64,000 bases of DNA, from contig OZ024740.1 in assembly GCA_964016885.1 (NCBI GenBank), positions 391,344,001 to 391,408,000 of the forward strand, read 5' to 3'. Source of the DNA: Eledone cirrhosa (lineage: Eukaryota). How positions within the stretch are numbered: the stretch's first letter is position 1; each line of letters begins with the position of its first letter. The notes beneath the pieces were generated by a model. It saw nothing but the letters and a program-made list of their open reading frames with translations. It had not been told where the DNA came from and did not search any database. A program made the translations under genes and the position numbers. Below are positions 42,909-54,800 of the stretch, one piece after another.

Positions 42909-44023
42909 TACATACGCATTCACATACACTCATATAAGAGTGAGTGTGAGCGTGTGTGAATGTGTGTACGTGTGTGTGTGTTGAGGGGGGGGGCAGTTGG
43001 GGAGTGGGGTGGTGGTGGCTGAGTTTCTTCGATTCGACCTTGACACCCATTTAGATTTTTCCGATTTAGCGGTCAAAGAATTCAAGTGACGCAGGACAGG
43101 CGATTGATTAATTGATGGCCTGTAGATGCTTAAGGAAACAAAGGAGCCATTAACTAATCAGTTTCGGCCAGTATTTCAATATAGTTAGTAAATTATTTCA
43201 TCGAGTCCTTACAGGAAGAATGATAAGATTCCTATCACTGAGTGAATTTATAGACATACCAGTTCAGTATTACCAGGCTGCGTTGAGCACATTCAGATAA
43301 TATGAAGCTCTATTTCGTATGCCAAAAAAAGACGGAAAGGTTCTTTCATCTGTCTGGCTTGACTTGGCAAATACATATAAATAATTTACCCATGAAAATG
43401 AATAGATTTTCTTGCATATTGAGAGACAAGAGGGAATTCATAAAGCGATAACTTGGGTTAGTAGTCATGCTGTTTAGAAGCAAGGTCATCACCTCCAAGT
43501 GGAAGTCATTAAAATAGGACTCTTGATGGAGTACTTTAAGGTTTTCAACTCCTCTTCATTATGAAATTGAAGTTGGTAATGAGAAGTGTAAGAACATTCA
43601 CGGATGGAGTAAAGATCAGAGGGCACCTAGTGTTGTCACCACTGCGTGCTTTTGTGTATGTTATTACTGACATAATTGAAACAAAGAAGCGAAATCCACC
43701 TTGTGGGGCAGAAGAAATCTTACGCCCAATAAGCGCGCAGTTTCTACACAGTCAATAAATTGAATTAATTCCACTTTAAAATTGAAACAAATATGAATCA
43801 AATGAGGAGGGAAAAGGCAATCAAGAAAGTTGATAGTATCTACACAGTAATCCTATTGGATAAGTCAACAGTGTTGAGAGGAAAGAAATGGAGCACATAA
43901 AAAGCTAACTAATTATATGTAATTCTCGGTTTCTCTCATCTGTTCTCATGATATATACTCTTTTACCTGTCCCAGCCATCCAGCTGAGGCCATGCTGGGG
44001 CACTGCTCTTACACACACACATC

Positions 44024-44055
<32 letters not shown>

Positions 44056-44077
44056 ACAAAATTTAATATAGAAATGG

Positions 44078-44124
44078 CTTCTACAGGACTAGAACTGTTT
44101 CATTCGAAGGAAATCATCAGGAAA
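44078..44124 (-). ncRNA. Type I hammerhead ribozyme (same family as 12856)
   Basis: ttc-CTGATGA-t-ttc cttc gaa-t-GAAA-cag..ctg-TA-gaa; followed by the family tail in the opposite orientation (44128-44188). Confidence 0.78.
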
Positions 44125-44185
44125 AGCACTCTACTGATGTAATGAGTACCCTACTTACTGTGGTTACCTCCGATTGAATATGGGA

Positions 44186-44254
<69 letters not shown>

Positions 44255-44449
44255 ACACACACACAGACAAACAAACACACATATATATGTATATATATAT
44301 ATATGAAAAATTTCAGGACCCCGACGGCTGAGCTCCGGCCGTTTCAACCTACATCAGGGTCCTGAAATTTTTCATATTACCCACTCTATTACCCCAAGTA
44401 TCGAGTACTCTGGTGAGTAATGGTCTAACTGGTTTTTGCCGCCTCCATA

Positions 44450-44494
<45 letters not shown>

Positions 44495-44891
44495 CAAAGG
44501 AAAATATATATGTGGAGAATTATATACAATAGTATATAATTGCCAAATAGTTTCAGAATTAGCTCAATGTGTTTATATGTTACTGGTCTGAAGAAAAAAG
44601 AGAGATACTTTTAGGGGAAAAAAAGTTGGAGAAGCAGACATAAACACAGAGCAAATGTAATTAAATATATAGATGGACGTAAATATAATCAAATGTATAA
44701 GTGTGTAAAGGATAAAAAATGATGTAAAATCTAATTTTTCCTTCAATATATTTGATTATCTCTACATAATATAAAAGGGGAGATGTTTTTTGGTTGGTTC
44801 CTTCGCGCATCACATAAAAACGAAAAGTGACAATCGAAAAGTAAGTAGAGCAAGGGAAGAAGGGTATACCCTTTATTGATACTAATTTAAT

Positions 44892-45077
44892 AATTATTTC
44901 TACTTTTGGCACAAGGCCGGCAATTATCCCAGTGCATTACTGGTACTTTATTTCATCGACCCCGTAAGGATGAAAGGCAAAGTTAACCTCGGCGGGATTT
45001 GAACTCAGACCATAAAGGGCCGTAATTCTTTGCTGCAAAACATGGCGTCCGACCCTCTACCGATACTGCCAATCCAT
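44892..45077 (-). mobile_element. SINE family B, full length
   Basis: Homologous to 30530-30717. Confidence 0.9.
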
Positions 45078-45593
45078 CAATAATATCAAAGAAGAAAAAC
45101 ATCCCGGATATGCTAACCGACCTGACTGCTATTTCTAGCATGTTGGGAATCAACCATAAGGGAATCTCTGCGGGTCCATTGTTAGTGATTATCGTGTTTC
45201 GCGGCCACTGTCTCCGATTCGAACGCTGGTTAACACACACACATGCACATACACACACAGACACACACGCGTGCGCTCACGCACGCACACATACACACAT
45301 GCAAGCACATGCACACACACATGCGCACACGCACATGCACACACACATGCGCACACGCACATACACACACACACAAACGCGCGCGCACACACACACATAC
45401 ACACACACACACGCACACACATACACACGCACACATACATGCATGCACATGCACACACGCACACACACACATGCGCGCGCACACACGCAACACTCTCAGA
45501 CACATACACACACATTTATATATATAATTATCTATATCTATAAATATCTATATATATAATTATGTATACATAATTATCTATATCTATATCTAC

Positions 45594-46160
45594 GACTATT
45601 GTCGCGGGTGGGACCAATCCGGTTGACCACCGAGTCCATTGTCATGATCAAACCACCACCCTCCTTCAAAAACGAAGGAGAAGCGGTTTTCCTTTGTGTG
45701 ATAGCTATGGCGAAAGAGGTTGTATGGTGGACAAGGTTGAAAGGGCTGAGGTCAGACACCTTTCTCTCCGGCCAACAACTGATTCTTTGTTTCAAATACC
45801 ACTTTGGAAGAAGAATCAGGATGGAGAGAGAGGTGCTGTACCCCAGCAAGTTTTATAAAAGGTGGGTGAAAGTGGCGAGAATGGCCAGAGTGAATGGGCC
45901 TTCTCTCTATATAAACCTGTAGGTTGAGGAAAAAGAGGAGGAGAGGAAAGGAGTACAAACTCTTCGTACTCCTGGAGATGAGGGTTGCACATTTTTTTCG
46001 GGGTATGTGTTACCCATATGTAATGTCTCCCCCTATTGGGGAAAATCGACTAATTTTTAAATTGCATTTGTGATAATATTTTACACGTTTTTATTGTATG
46101 TAAACTTCCCCCTTTGTATTTGTCCCCTTCTTTTGTGCCCCTGTGGCTAATAAAGAAACA
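45594..46160 (+). mobile_element. Tx1/L1-like LINE 3' fragment with a 19-bp target-site duplication
   Basis: ORF2-like C-terminus AMAKEVVWWTR...FYKRW; AATAAA at the end; tatctatatctatatctac at both 45575-45593 and 46161-46179. Confidence 0.75.
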
Positions 46161-46199
46161 TATCTATATCTATATCTACATATAAATAAGATTGTAACT

Positions 46200-48037
46200 T
46201 CCATCATCCTATTGAGAAACGCTACTTCTATGAAATAACACAAGCTTTACAGTCAGGCAGAAGATGAACCATCATCTAGAGGTCATTATTCTTGGAGGCA
46301 ATAATCGAGGTTTCGGGCATAAGCCCTTCTTCAGGCGAAAAGTGTGTGGGAAGAGAGTTCCAAGGGTGTGTGGGGGAGTGGGGGAGAGACATTTAGAAAA
46401 AAGGGGGGAGGGAGAGGAAACGGTGGAAGGAGTACAAATGAAAATAAATATAAAAAAATAATAAAAATAAAAATAAACAGGAAGATAAACAAGTGGTGAA
46501 AGGGTGTGGGGCGTGTAGGAGTGGTGGCGGGTGGAGTGGGGAGAGTGAGGTGGGGTGTCCGAGCGGGGAGGGCTGAAGGTGGTGTGTGTGTGTAGGTGTA
46601 CGTGTGTGTGTGTGTGTGTATGTGAATGTGAGAGTTGGGCGAAGAACGAGGTTCCATGTTAAGGAAAAGGTGTGTGTGGGGTGGGGTGTAGATCGGTGTG
46701 TGTGCGCGTGTGGATGGGGAGGTGTCATATGGGTGTGCGGGGGGGGGGGGAGGATTCCAGAGGCTGAGTGTGTAAATATGTGGGGGTACGCACGTGTGTG
46801 TGGTGTTTATACGTATTGTGGATGTAGGTGGCGTGTGGGAAAAATAAATTTTGTGAGTGTATGTCCGTGGGTAAGTTCCTAAGGTAGTTCCGTAGAGGGT
46901 GTGGTGGGGTGCCGAATATTTTCCTTGTGATGGAGTTGATGGTCGGAGCGATGTCCAATGTGTGAAATCCGTGATTGGGTTGGTCGGAAGAGGGGAGATG
47001 TGGGGTGCGCGCGCAACAGGAAGTGGTCAGAGGGTCAATGCAGGAGGAGGGTAGAGGAGAGGGACAGGTAGAGAGGGCTGTGTGTCTGTGTGTGCGGAGA
47101 GGTAGTTAGAAGGTCATGGCATAGCAGCAGTGGAGGAGAATGGCAAGTGGAGAAAGTCGGTGTGTCAGTGTGTGCGGAGGTGCGGTGGACAGGGGATGGG
47201 ATGGGTAGGTGTGAAAGGTGGAGTGTGAGGGTGTGTGTATTAGTAGAGGTGTTAATGGGATGTGTGTGTGAAGGGGTGTGGGTGGATCAGGGAGAGGGAG
47301 AGAAAGGTGTGGGGGACGGTGGAGGGAGTGTAGTGTACTGGTGTGTGTGTGCGTGTTTGGATGAGTGTGTGTGTGGTGAAGTGTTAGTGGGTGTTAGTAT
47401 ACTGGTGGTGGGGAAAGGGTTGAATGCGGGTGTGTTAGTGGGGGTCAGTGGTGGTAGGGTGTGTAGAGTGGGTGGTGTAAGTGGGTGTGGGTGGGTGTGT
47501 GTGTTCGTGTGCGTGGGGTCGGGGGGATGTTAGTGGTATTAATTGTGGGGTGGTGGGAATGTATGGGTGAGGGTTAGTGGTGGTAGTAGGGTGTGTATAT
47601 ATATGTACCGGTGGGTGTGTGCGTGATGGGGGGAGGAGGAAAGTGGGGGGGTATTAGTATTGTTAGTATTGTTAGTTGTGGGGTGGGCAGTGAAAAGGAG
47701 GAGTGTGTTAGTGGTGTTAGTGGGGGATATGTGTGTGTGTGTGGGGGGGGGGGAGGAACAGGGCGGTCGAAGGCTAAAGGAATAGGGGTAGGGAGTTCAG
47801 GCCGGGGGGATTGTGGGTTTGTAGGGTGAAGATTGTGCGTTGTTCGACCCTGAGGAGGGTGGCGGGTGTTCCGTGGCATTGGAGTAGGCCACAGACAGTG
47901 AGGTGGTGCGCGGAATGTCCAGGGGAGCCAATGTGGCGGGCGATGGGGGACTCCCGCCGAGACGAATATCCCGGAGGTGTTCGGTGAAACGGTCCGCCAG
48001 GCGACGTCCAGTCTGTCCGACGTAGGTTGCGCTACAC

Positions 48038-48040
<3 letters not shown>
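46200..48040 (-). mobile_element. 5'-truncated Penelope-like element (GIY-YIG end, C/A-rich UTR, HHR-like motif)
   Basis: My minus-strand translation of ~48036-47780: [23 protein letters not shown]..(frameshift)..IARH..GH..EQRTIFTLQTHNPPGLN; CTGAAGA-a-gggc ttat gccc-GAAA at 46334-46311. Confidence 0.85.
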
Positions 48041-48119
<79 letters not shown>

Positions 48120-48285
48120 GGATACTATTTATGGTTATGTATATATTAAACTTTTTATAGTTATGTATATTTTAAACCTTAAACAGTGTACAAAAATAGT
48201 CTGTACATCAATATATATATATATATGTATCTGTATGTCTCTTGCGTCGGAAAGGAGGTCAATTATATGTGCAAACATTGAAAAA

Positions 48286-48332
48286 TGCTCCGAAGAGTCC
48301 AAACCTAGGTTTGGATGAAACAATTGTAAGTG
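48286..48332 (+). ncRNA. Type I hammerhead with a U4C variant core
   Basis: tgct-CCGAAGA-g-tccaaacc ta ggtttgga-t-GAAA-caattg-TA-agtg-AATAAA. Confidence 0.7.
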
Positions 48333-48596
48333 AATAAATGCTTTGAACATAGCTTTGATTCTTGTGAATTCTCTCTCTATATATATTAATATATACATGT
48401 TGTTTTACCTGCTTAGTTCTTTCGTTGTTTTTAGTATTGTATGGTTGGGTTTTTGCCTACCGCAATTTTCAATTTGTCAAGCTTTTTAACGTAATGTTAT
48501 TACTCTAAGGACCTACCCTTATTGTGTGCTTTGCTACTCATTCCTTATTGTTTGGCCACAGCCAAAGCTTCGATTTTACTAAGCTTCCACTTGTAT

Positions 48597-48642
<46 letters not shown>

Positions 48643-48643
48643 T

Positions 48644-48733
<90 letters not shown>

Positions 48734-48816
48734 ATATATATATATATATACGTAGGTCTCAGGTTGAATCGGGGATAACCACAGTAAGTAAGGTACTCAA
48801 TACATGGCAAAAAAAA

Positions 48817-48877
<61 letters not shown>

Positions 48878-49076
48878 CACGAAAGAAGTGTGGTAAGGAA
48901 CCAGGTGGACCATAACGCACCAGAGTACTCAACACTTAGGGTAGTAGAGTGGGTAATAGGAAATTATTCAAGACCCCGACGGCAGAGCTCAAGCCGTTTC
49001 GACGGCTATTTCTGGACTGAAATAGCCGTCGAAACGGCTTGAGCTCTGCCGTCGGGGCCTTGAACAATTTCCTATT
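48878..49076 (-). mobile_element. Short fold-back PLE end (U3-A8 family)
   Basis: Tail plus inverted HHR 3' halves, junction near 49018. Confidence 0.85.
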
Positions 49077-49470
49077 AGGACGCACCCTATTTTGACCAAA
49101 AATGTGTAAAAAAATAATAAAGAAGACGAAGGTGGAAGTGGAAGTATATATATAAGCAGTATTAATGTTCTAACATAGCGTGATGAGGCGTAACAAGGAT
49201 TGTATATTCGAGCATATACTAAATTTTTATGTATAATAGACATCCTTTTAACCTCACTAGGAATTTTTATTAACTGTGCTTATACCACTGCTATTCTTAG
49301 TAAAAAAGGGAGAGCACCCTGACGGCATCGTTTTGCGGTGGATTTTCATAAGTCATCAGAGAGGCTTACTCCTTTGCTGCTAAGACAAACCTGAAAGCTT
49401 ATATTTGTTTGCTTAGGAATATCGGCTGATAATGCACATTTTCATGCAGAGCAAAAGCTGGTGGGCTCGA

Positions 49471-49580
<110 letters not shown>

Positions 49581-49740
49581 CATATGATGGCGGTAAATTG
49601 AAAACGTCGTTAGAGGCATCGGATGATATGCATCGATATTTCTTCCAACTGACTGCGCTTTAATTTCAAGTTAAGGAGTCAGTGTGTGTTATGAGTCTAC
49701 TTCAATTGTTTTTCTCTTCTACTTTTTGAATCTGGCTGAA

Positions 49741-50003
49741 TTCATTCCATCAATCGGTTTTTGTTTGTTAGCTATTTATGGTATATAAAATGAAACGTAT
49801 CTGGCAAGTTAAACACATTATAATTATGTAGAATAAGGAAACGTATAAATTTGCTTTTGCAGAATATATATATACCCTGCAAAAGCAAATTTATGCATAT
49901 ACTTTTCCTTATTCTATATGATTTTAACGTGTTTAATATGCCAGATACGTTTCTTTTTTATGGTATAATTAGTTATCAAACAGAAACCGATTGATGGAAC
50001 GAG
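49741..50003. repeat. Imperfect palindrome (~120-bp arms)
   Basis: ttccatcaatcggttt..aaatttgcttttgcag versus ctgcaaaagcaaattt..aaaccgattgatggaa. Confidence 0.75.
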
Positions 50004-50005
50004 TG

Positions 50006-50064
<59 letters not shown>

Positions 50065-50581
50065 TAGAGATAGATAGATAGATATAGATAGATAGATAGA
50101 TAGATAGATAAATATTTTGCAGTACTTTGGTCGGGAAAACTACAAATCAAAGAAGTAGTCGATACATGATAAGATGCAGAGTGGGTATATTAATGAGAGT
50201 AGAGAGAGTAGGATCTACTGCGAGCTCGGCGCTTTCGGCTAGTTACCTCTTATTATCCTCTTTTCATATATATAAATGGTATTCGTGAGCTTTATATCGA
50301 ATAATAATAATATTCGATTCGTTTGCAAGCAAATAACCTCATTAAGCTATCTTTATTTAGGTTGTTTGCCTGCATAAAGCTCACGAATAGATTTACGTAT
50401 CCTCTGTTAGAGAAAAAAAAATATAACAGGCTGAATGAGCTGGGGTGCATAACTCAACGAAACTTAAGTACCTGTATATGTCACTGTTGTAACCAATTAT
50501 ACTTAACTCGTCCTATGAAGTGAGTGCTCTTACCCTTGGATATTTCTACGAAACCTATACTACAGAATATATATATGGAAT

Positions 50582-50860
50582 GAAGGCGTTTGGCTTAGTA
50601 GTTAGAGCATCGGGCTTACAATCGTGAGGTTGTGAGTTTGATTCTCGGACCGGATTTTGCGTTGTGTTCTTGAGCAAGACACTTTATTGCACGTTGCTCC
50701 GGTTTACTCAGCTGTAGAAATGAGTTGCGACGTCACTGGTACCAAGCTGTATCGGCTTTTGCCTTTCCCTTGGACAACATTGGTGGCTTAGAGAGTGGAG
50801 GCTGGTGTGCATGGGCGACTACTGGTCTTCCACAAACAACTTTGCATTGGAGGGAACTTT
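50582..50860 (+). mobile_element. tRNA-derived SINE family A
   Basis: gaaggcgttTGGCTTAGTAG, gagtttgattct, gttcttgagcaagacactt, ctcagctgtagaaatgag. Confidence 0.8.
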
Positions 50861-50922
50861 CCTAGTGCAAATCCCATCATCATTTGTGACCGAAGGGGCT
50901 TTCTCTCTCTCTCTCTCTCTCT

Positions 50923-51003
<81 letters not shown>

Positions 51004-51142
51004 GGATAATAACCCTGAAATATACTAAAATACAATGGGTAAAACATTACTTTGTTTTGTTTCACTTGTCATCATTTGCCATTCGTATATTTCTACCGCA
51101 TTTTACCGACTTTAAAAGAAATTCATTGGATTTTACTACGTA

Positions 51143-51210
<68 letters not shown>

Positions 51211-51667
51211 CTTTCTATTTATTTGCCACCAGGGCATATATATATATATATAGTCGTTTGAGAAGCCTCAACAGTGCAAATGGGTAAATCTCCGGGTAAC
51301 AGAATCAGGTGGTAATGAGAGAGAGATGTAAGAGGAAGCGTAGAAAGAGACGTAGAGAGCGTAAAAGAAAGTAGGAAAAGTGTAAAAAATAATAACACGA
51401 GATAGAGTTACCTTGGAAGTGATTTAATAGTCTCTATATTTCGGATTTCGCATCCATCAACTGGGGGTTTTCCGAGGGGAAAAAGTTATGTCGGAGAGAG
51501 AGAGAGAAATATACAGACGTCAATACTCATCTGTTTCCATTTCTCCGAGGGTTCTTAACCCCACTATCAGGCTAAATAATTTCTTTAATTTCTTTAGTCA
51601 AAATACGGCGATAGCTTACATTTATAATAATTTCAAACTTGCTCGCTGTTTCGAAAATATTATTACT

Positions 51668-51713
<46 letters not shown>

Positions 51714-51851
51714 CAAGAGCATATTCATATAACCTTTTATGCCTTATTTTTTTACATTTCTCGCTTTTCTTTTTTTCAGTTTTCTTTCATTATTGTTTTT
51801 GTTTTAATAAAGTATATTCTTCTTCTTTACACTTTGTTCTATGTATCATTA

Positions 51852-54800
51852 TCTATAAAAGGCAGATTGTTGTTGTGTGTGTGTGTGTGCACATGTGCCA
51901 TGTTTATACATTTGCACAATTTCAAACCGATTCGACTCAACATCTGTAAGAATGTTGTAAATGGTCTAACTTAGGTCAACGACTATTTATTTATTTCAAC
52001 CTCACCCACAATTACGGAAATAACCGATAAAACTAAATACATGACGCTTTACCCCTCTAATACAATCTGAGTAACTCTACCTAACTCCCATACATACTGC
52101 AACCTTCTCTTATATACGCTTATAAACCCACTCCTTAATAATTTCCTTTAGAGAGAGAGAAAAAAAATAAAGGAGGTAACCAGAGAGATAGAGACAAACG
52201 TTAAATACATGACGCTTACATCTCTTATATACGTTTATAAACCCACTCCTTAATAATTTCACACAATTACATTTTGTGTATAACATATTTACACGTTTAT
52301 TGAGTGAAAAAAAAACCACATAGGAATTTTTGGCCAAACAACTTCACATTGCTGACAGAAGCGCACTTTAAACAAACTGTCAGTTATTTATTTGCCTCTG
52401 TAAGAATGTTGTAAATGGTCTAACTTAGGTCAACGACTATTTATTTCAAAATCACCCACAATTATGGAAATAATTTCCTCTCTCTACTCAACATAAAAAT
52501 CGAAAAAAAAAAAAAAAAAATACATGCTCACACACAATTACATTTTGTGTATAACATATTTACACGTTTATTGAGTGAAAAAACCCCAAACAAATAGGGA
52601 TTTTTGGCCAAACAACTTCAAATTGCTGACAGTAGCGCGCTTTCAACAAACTGTGAGTTATTTATTTGCCGTTCGTTCTCCCATTTTTTTCCCCTGCGGA
52701 ACGCAGACAGTTTTCAGCCTTATACTTTCAAAGGCAATTTTGCTGTAGAAGTAAATTTCACCCTTTCTTTTTCACATAAAATGCCACCTAAAAAGAGAAG
52801 TCGCCTCGGTCGCCATACCGCGTCAGCAGCGGCGCAGAGGGCGATTACAGCAAACGAGCCCCCCGAGAAACTGTTTTAAGACTTTCACAGAGCGCCTTAC
52901 GTTCAGCGGAATGCAGAGCTGCTGAAGGTTTTCAACAACGCACCGCAGGCCTAGCCAAGATGGCTTCATACGACGCCTCGAGACGTGCTGCGATGTGCGA
53001 TTCGGACCGGGCGATACGTCATTCCCCCCAAAAAAAGGCTTCTACTGCTACTTCCAGGGCTTCAGAGGGCCCGGAACAAAGGTCGACACGCCTGAATAGA
53101 AACGCTGCTGCTACTGCTGCTTCTAGGGCTTCAGAGGGCCCGGAACAAAGGGCGGCTCGACTGAATAGAAACGCTGCGGCTACTGCTGCTTCCAGGGCTT
53201 TGGAAGGTTGGGACGGAAGACGAATCGCTTTGCTAGGAACGCTGCGGCTATGACTGATTCCATGGCTTCTGAAGATGCAGACGTGCGCTCCACTAGGATT
53301 GCAAGGGTGGCTTCTGATACTGCTGCGAGAGCTTCCCACGACCCACAGGAGCAACATTCTACGTTGGAGCGGAACAGTCCACGACAAGAAGCTGCCCGCG
53401 GTGTGACGATCCCCGACAGCCCATACTGACACATACGGGCTTTCAAGTATGAGCCCAACGTTAACTACTCGATGCGTGCCGACATAAATATAGGGGAAAT
53501 GCGCTTCAATTGCAAATTCTGCAATGTTAAAAAGTGGGCTGGGGAGCCACCTGCAATGTGCTGCTTAAACGGTAAGGTCAGCTTGCCCCCTCTTGGGGAA
53601 CCACCAGAGCCTTTGAAGGAACTACTTACTGGTTCTACCTCAAGGTCATCCAAATTCCTTCAACTCATCAGGAAGTACAATTGTGCGTTTCAAATGACTT
53701 CTTTCGGGGCTAACGTTGTCAGAGAAAGTGGTTGGATGCCTACTTTCAAGGTCCAGGGGCAGGTGTACCATCTTATTGGGTCGCTCCAGCCACTACAAAA
53801 TTGCAAGCCTTCGTTCCTTCAAATTTACTTCATTTCTAACTACAGTAGGCAAGTTGATGCGCGGTTCGGCGTTATTCCAACACCTGCAAACACTGACACT
53901 TTTGAAAGGGACGTGCTGCTCGGTCTTCAAAACATGCTTCATGAGCACAACAGTTATATTCGCAGTTTCAAATACGCATTGGAAACAAATCCTTCACCAA
54001 ACTTCACCATTGTCATCGATGCTGACAAAAGACCTTCTGGGGAGCACGCACGCCGTTATAACGCTCCTTCGTGCAATGAAGTGGCCGTAGTTATCCATGG
54101 TGAACAGCACAATAAGCGAGACATAGTTCTTCAAAGTCGTGACAGTGGTCTTCGACGTATTAATGAGACGCATCGTTCATACGACGCCCTGCAGTATCCC
54201 CTTCTCTTTGCATACGGAGAAGACGGGTACCATTTCGGCATTCCTCAGTGCAAACCAAACGAGCCCACTGCTGCGACATCTAAAACTGTTTCATGCATGG
54301 CTTTATACTCATACCGCTTCATGACGAGGCCTAACGATTTCAGCACCCTGCACAGGTCACGGGAACTGTTTCACCAGTTTTCAGTTGACATGGTTGCAAA
54401 GATGGAGTCGGAGAGACTGTGCTTCATAAAATTGAATCAGAAGCAGCTGCGCTCAGACTCCTACATCCATTTGCGTGACGGCATCAGGAATGACACTGAC
54501 CCCCGGAACATCGGCAAAATGTGCATTCTCCCCTCAACCTACACGGGGGTGGGGGTGGGGGGTACATGCACGAGCGAACACAGGACGCTATGACGTTCGT
54601 TCGGCGGCGTTATGGGCGCCCCGATTTATTCATCACGTTTACGTGTAACCCAAGTGGGTTGAGGTTACGCGGGAACTTATCCCAGGGCAGCAGTACTGCC
54701 ATCGGCATGATATTATTGCCAGGGTTTTCAGGCAGAAGCTGGCTAAGCTAATTGATCTAATACAAAAAGGGAAGGTTTTCGGGCCTGTTAGGTGCCACAT

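Noticed and set aside
44340-44365. Minus-strand CTGATG near GAAA as a canonical core in the U3-A8 family
   Set aside because: It is the mutated inverted arm at the fold-back junction
49315-49365. Minus-strand CTGATGA...GAAA...TC-aggg
   Set aside because: Stems II and III cannot be formed convincingly; the same applies to candidates at 25743 and 34106
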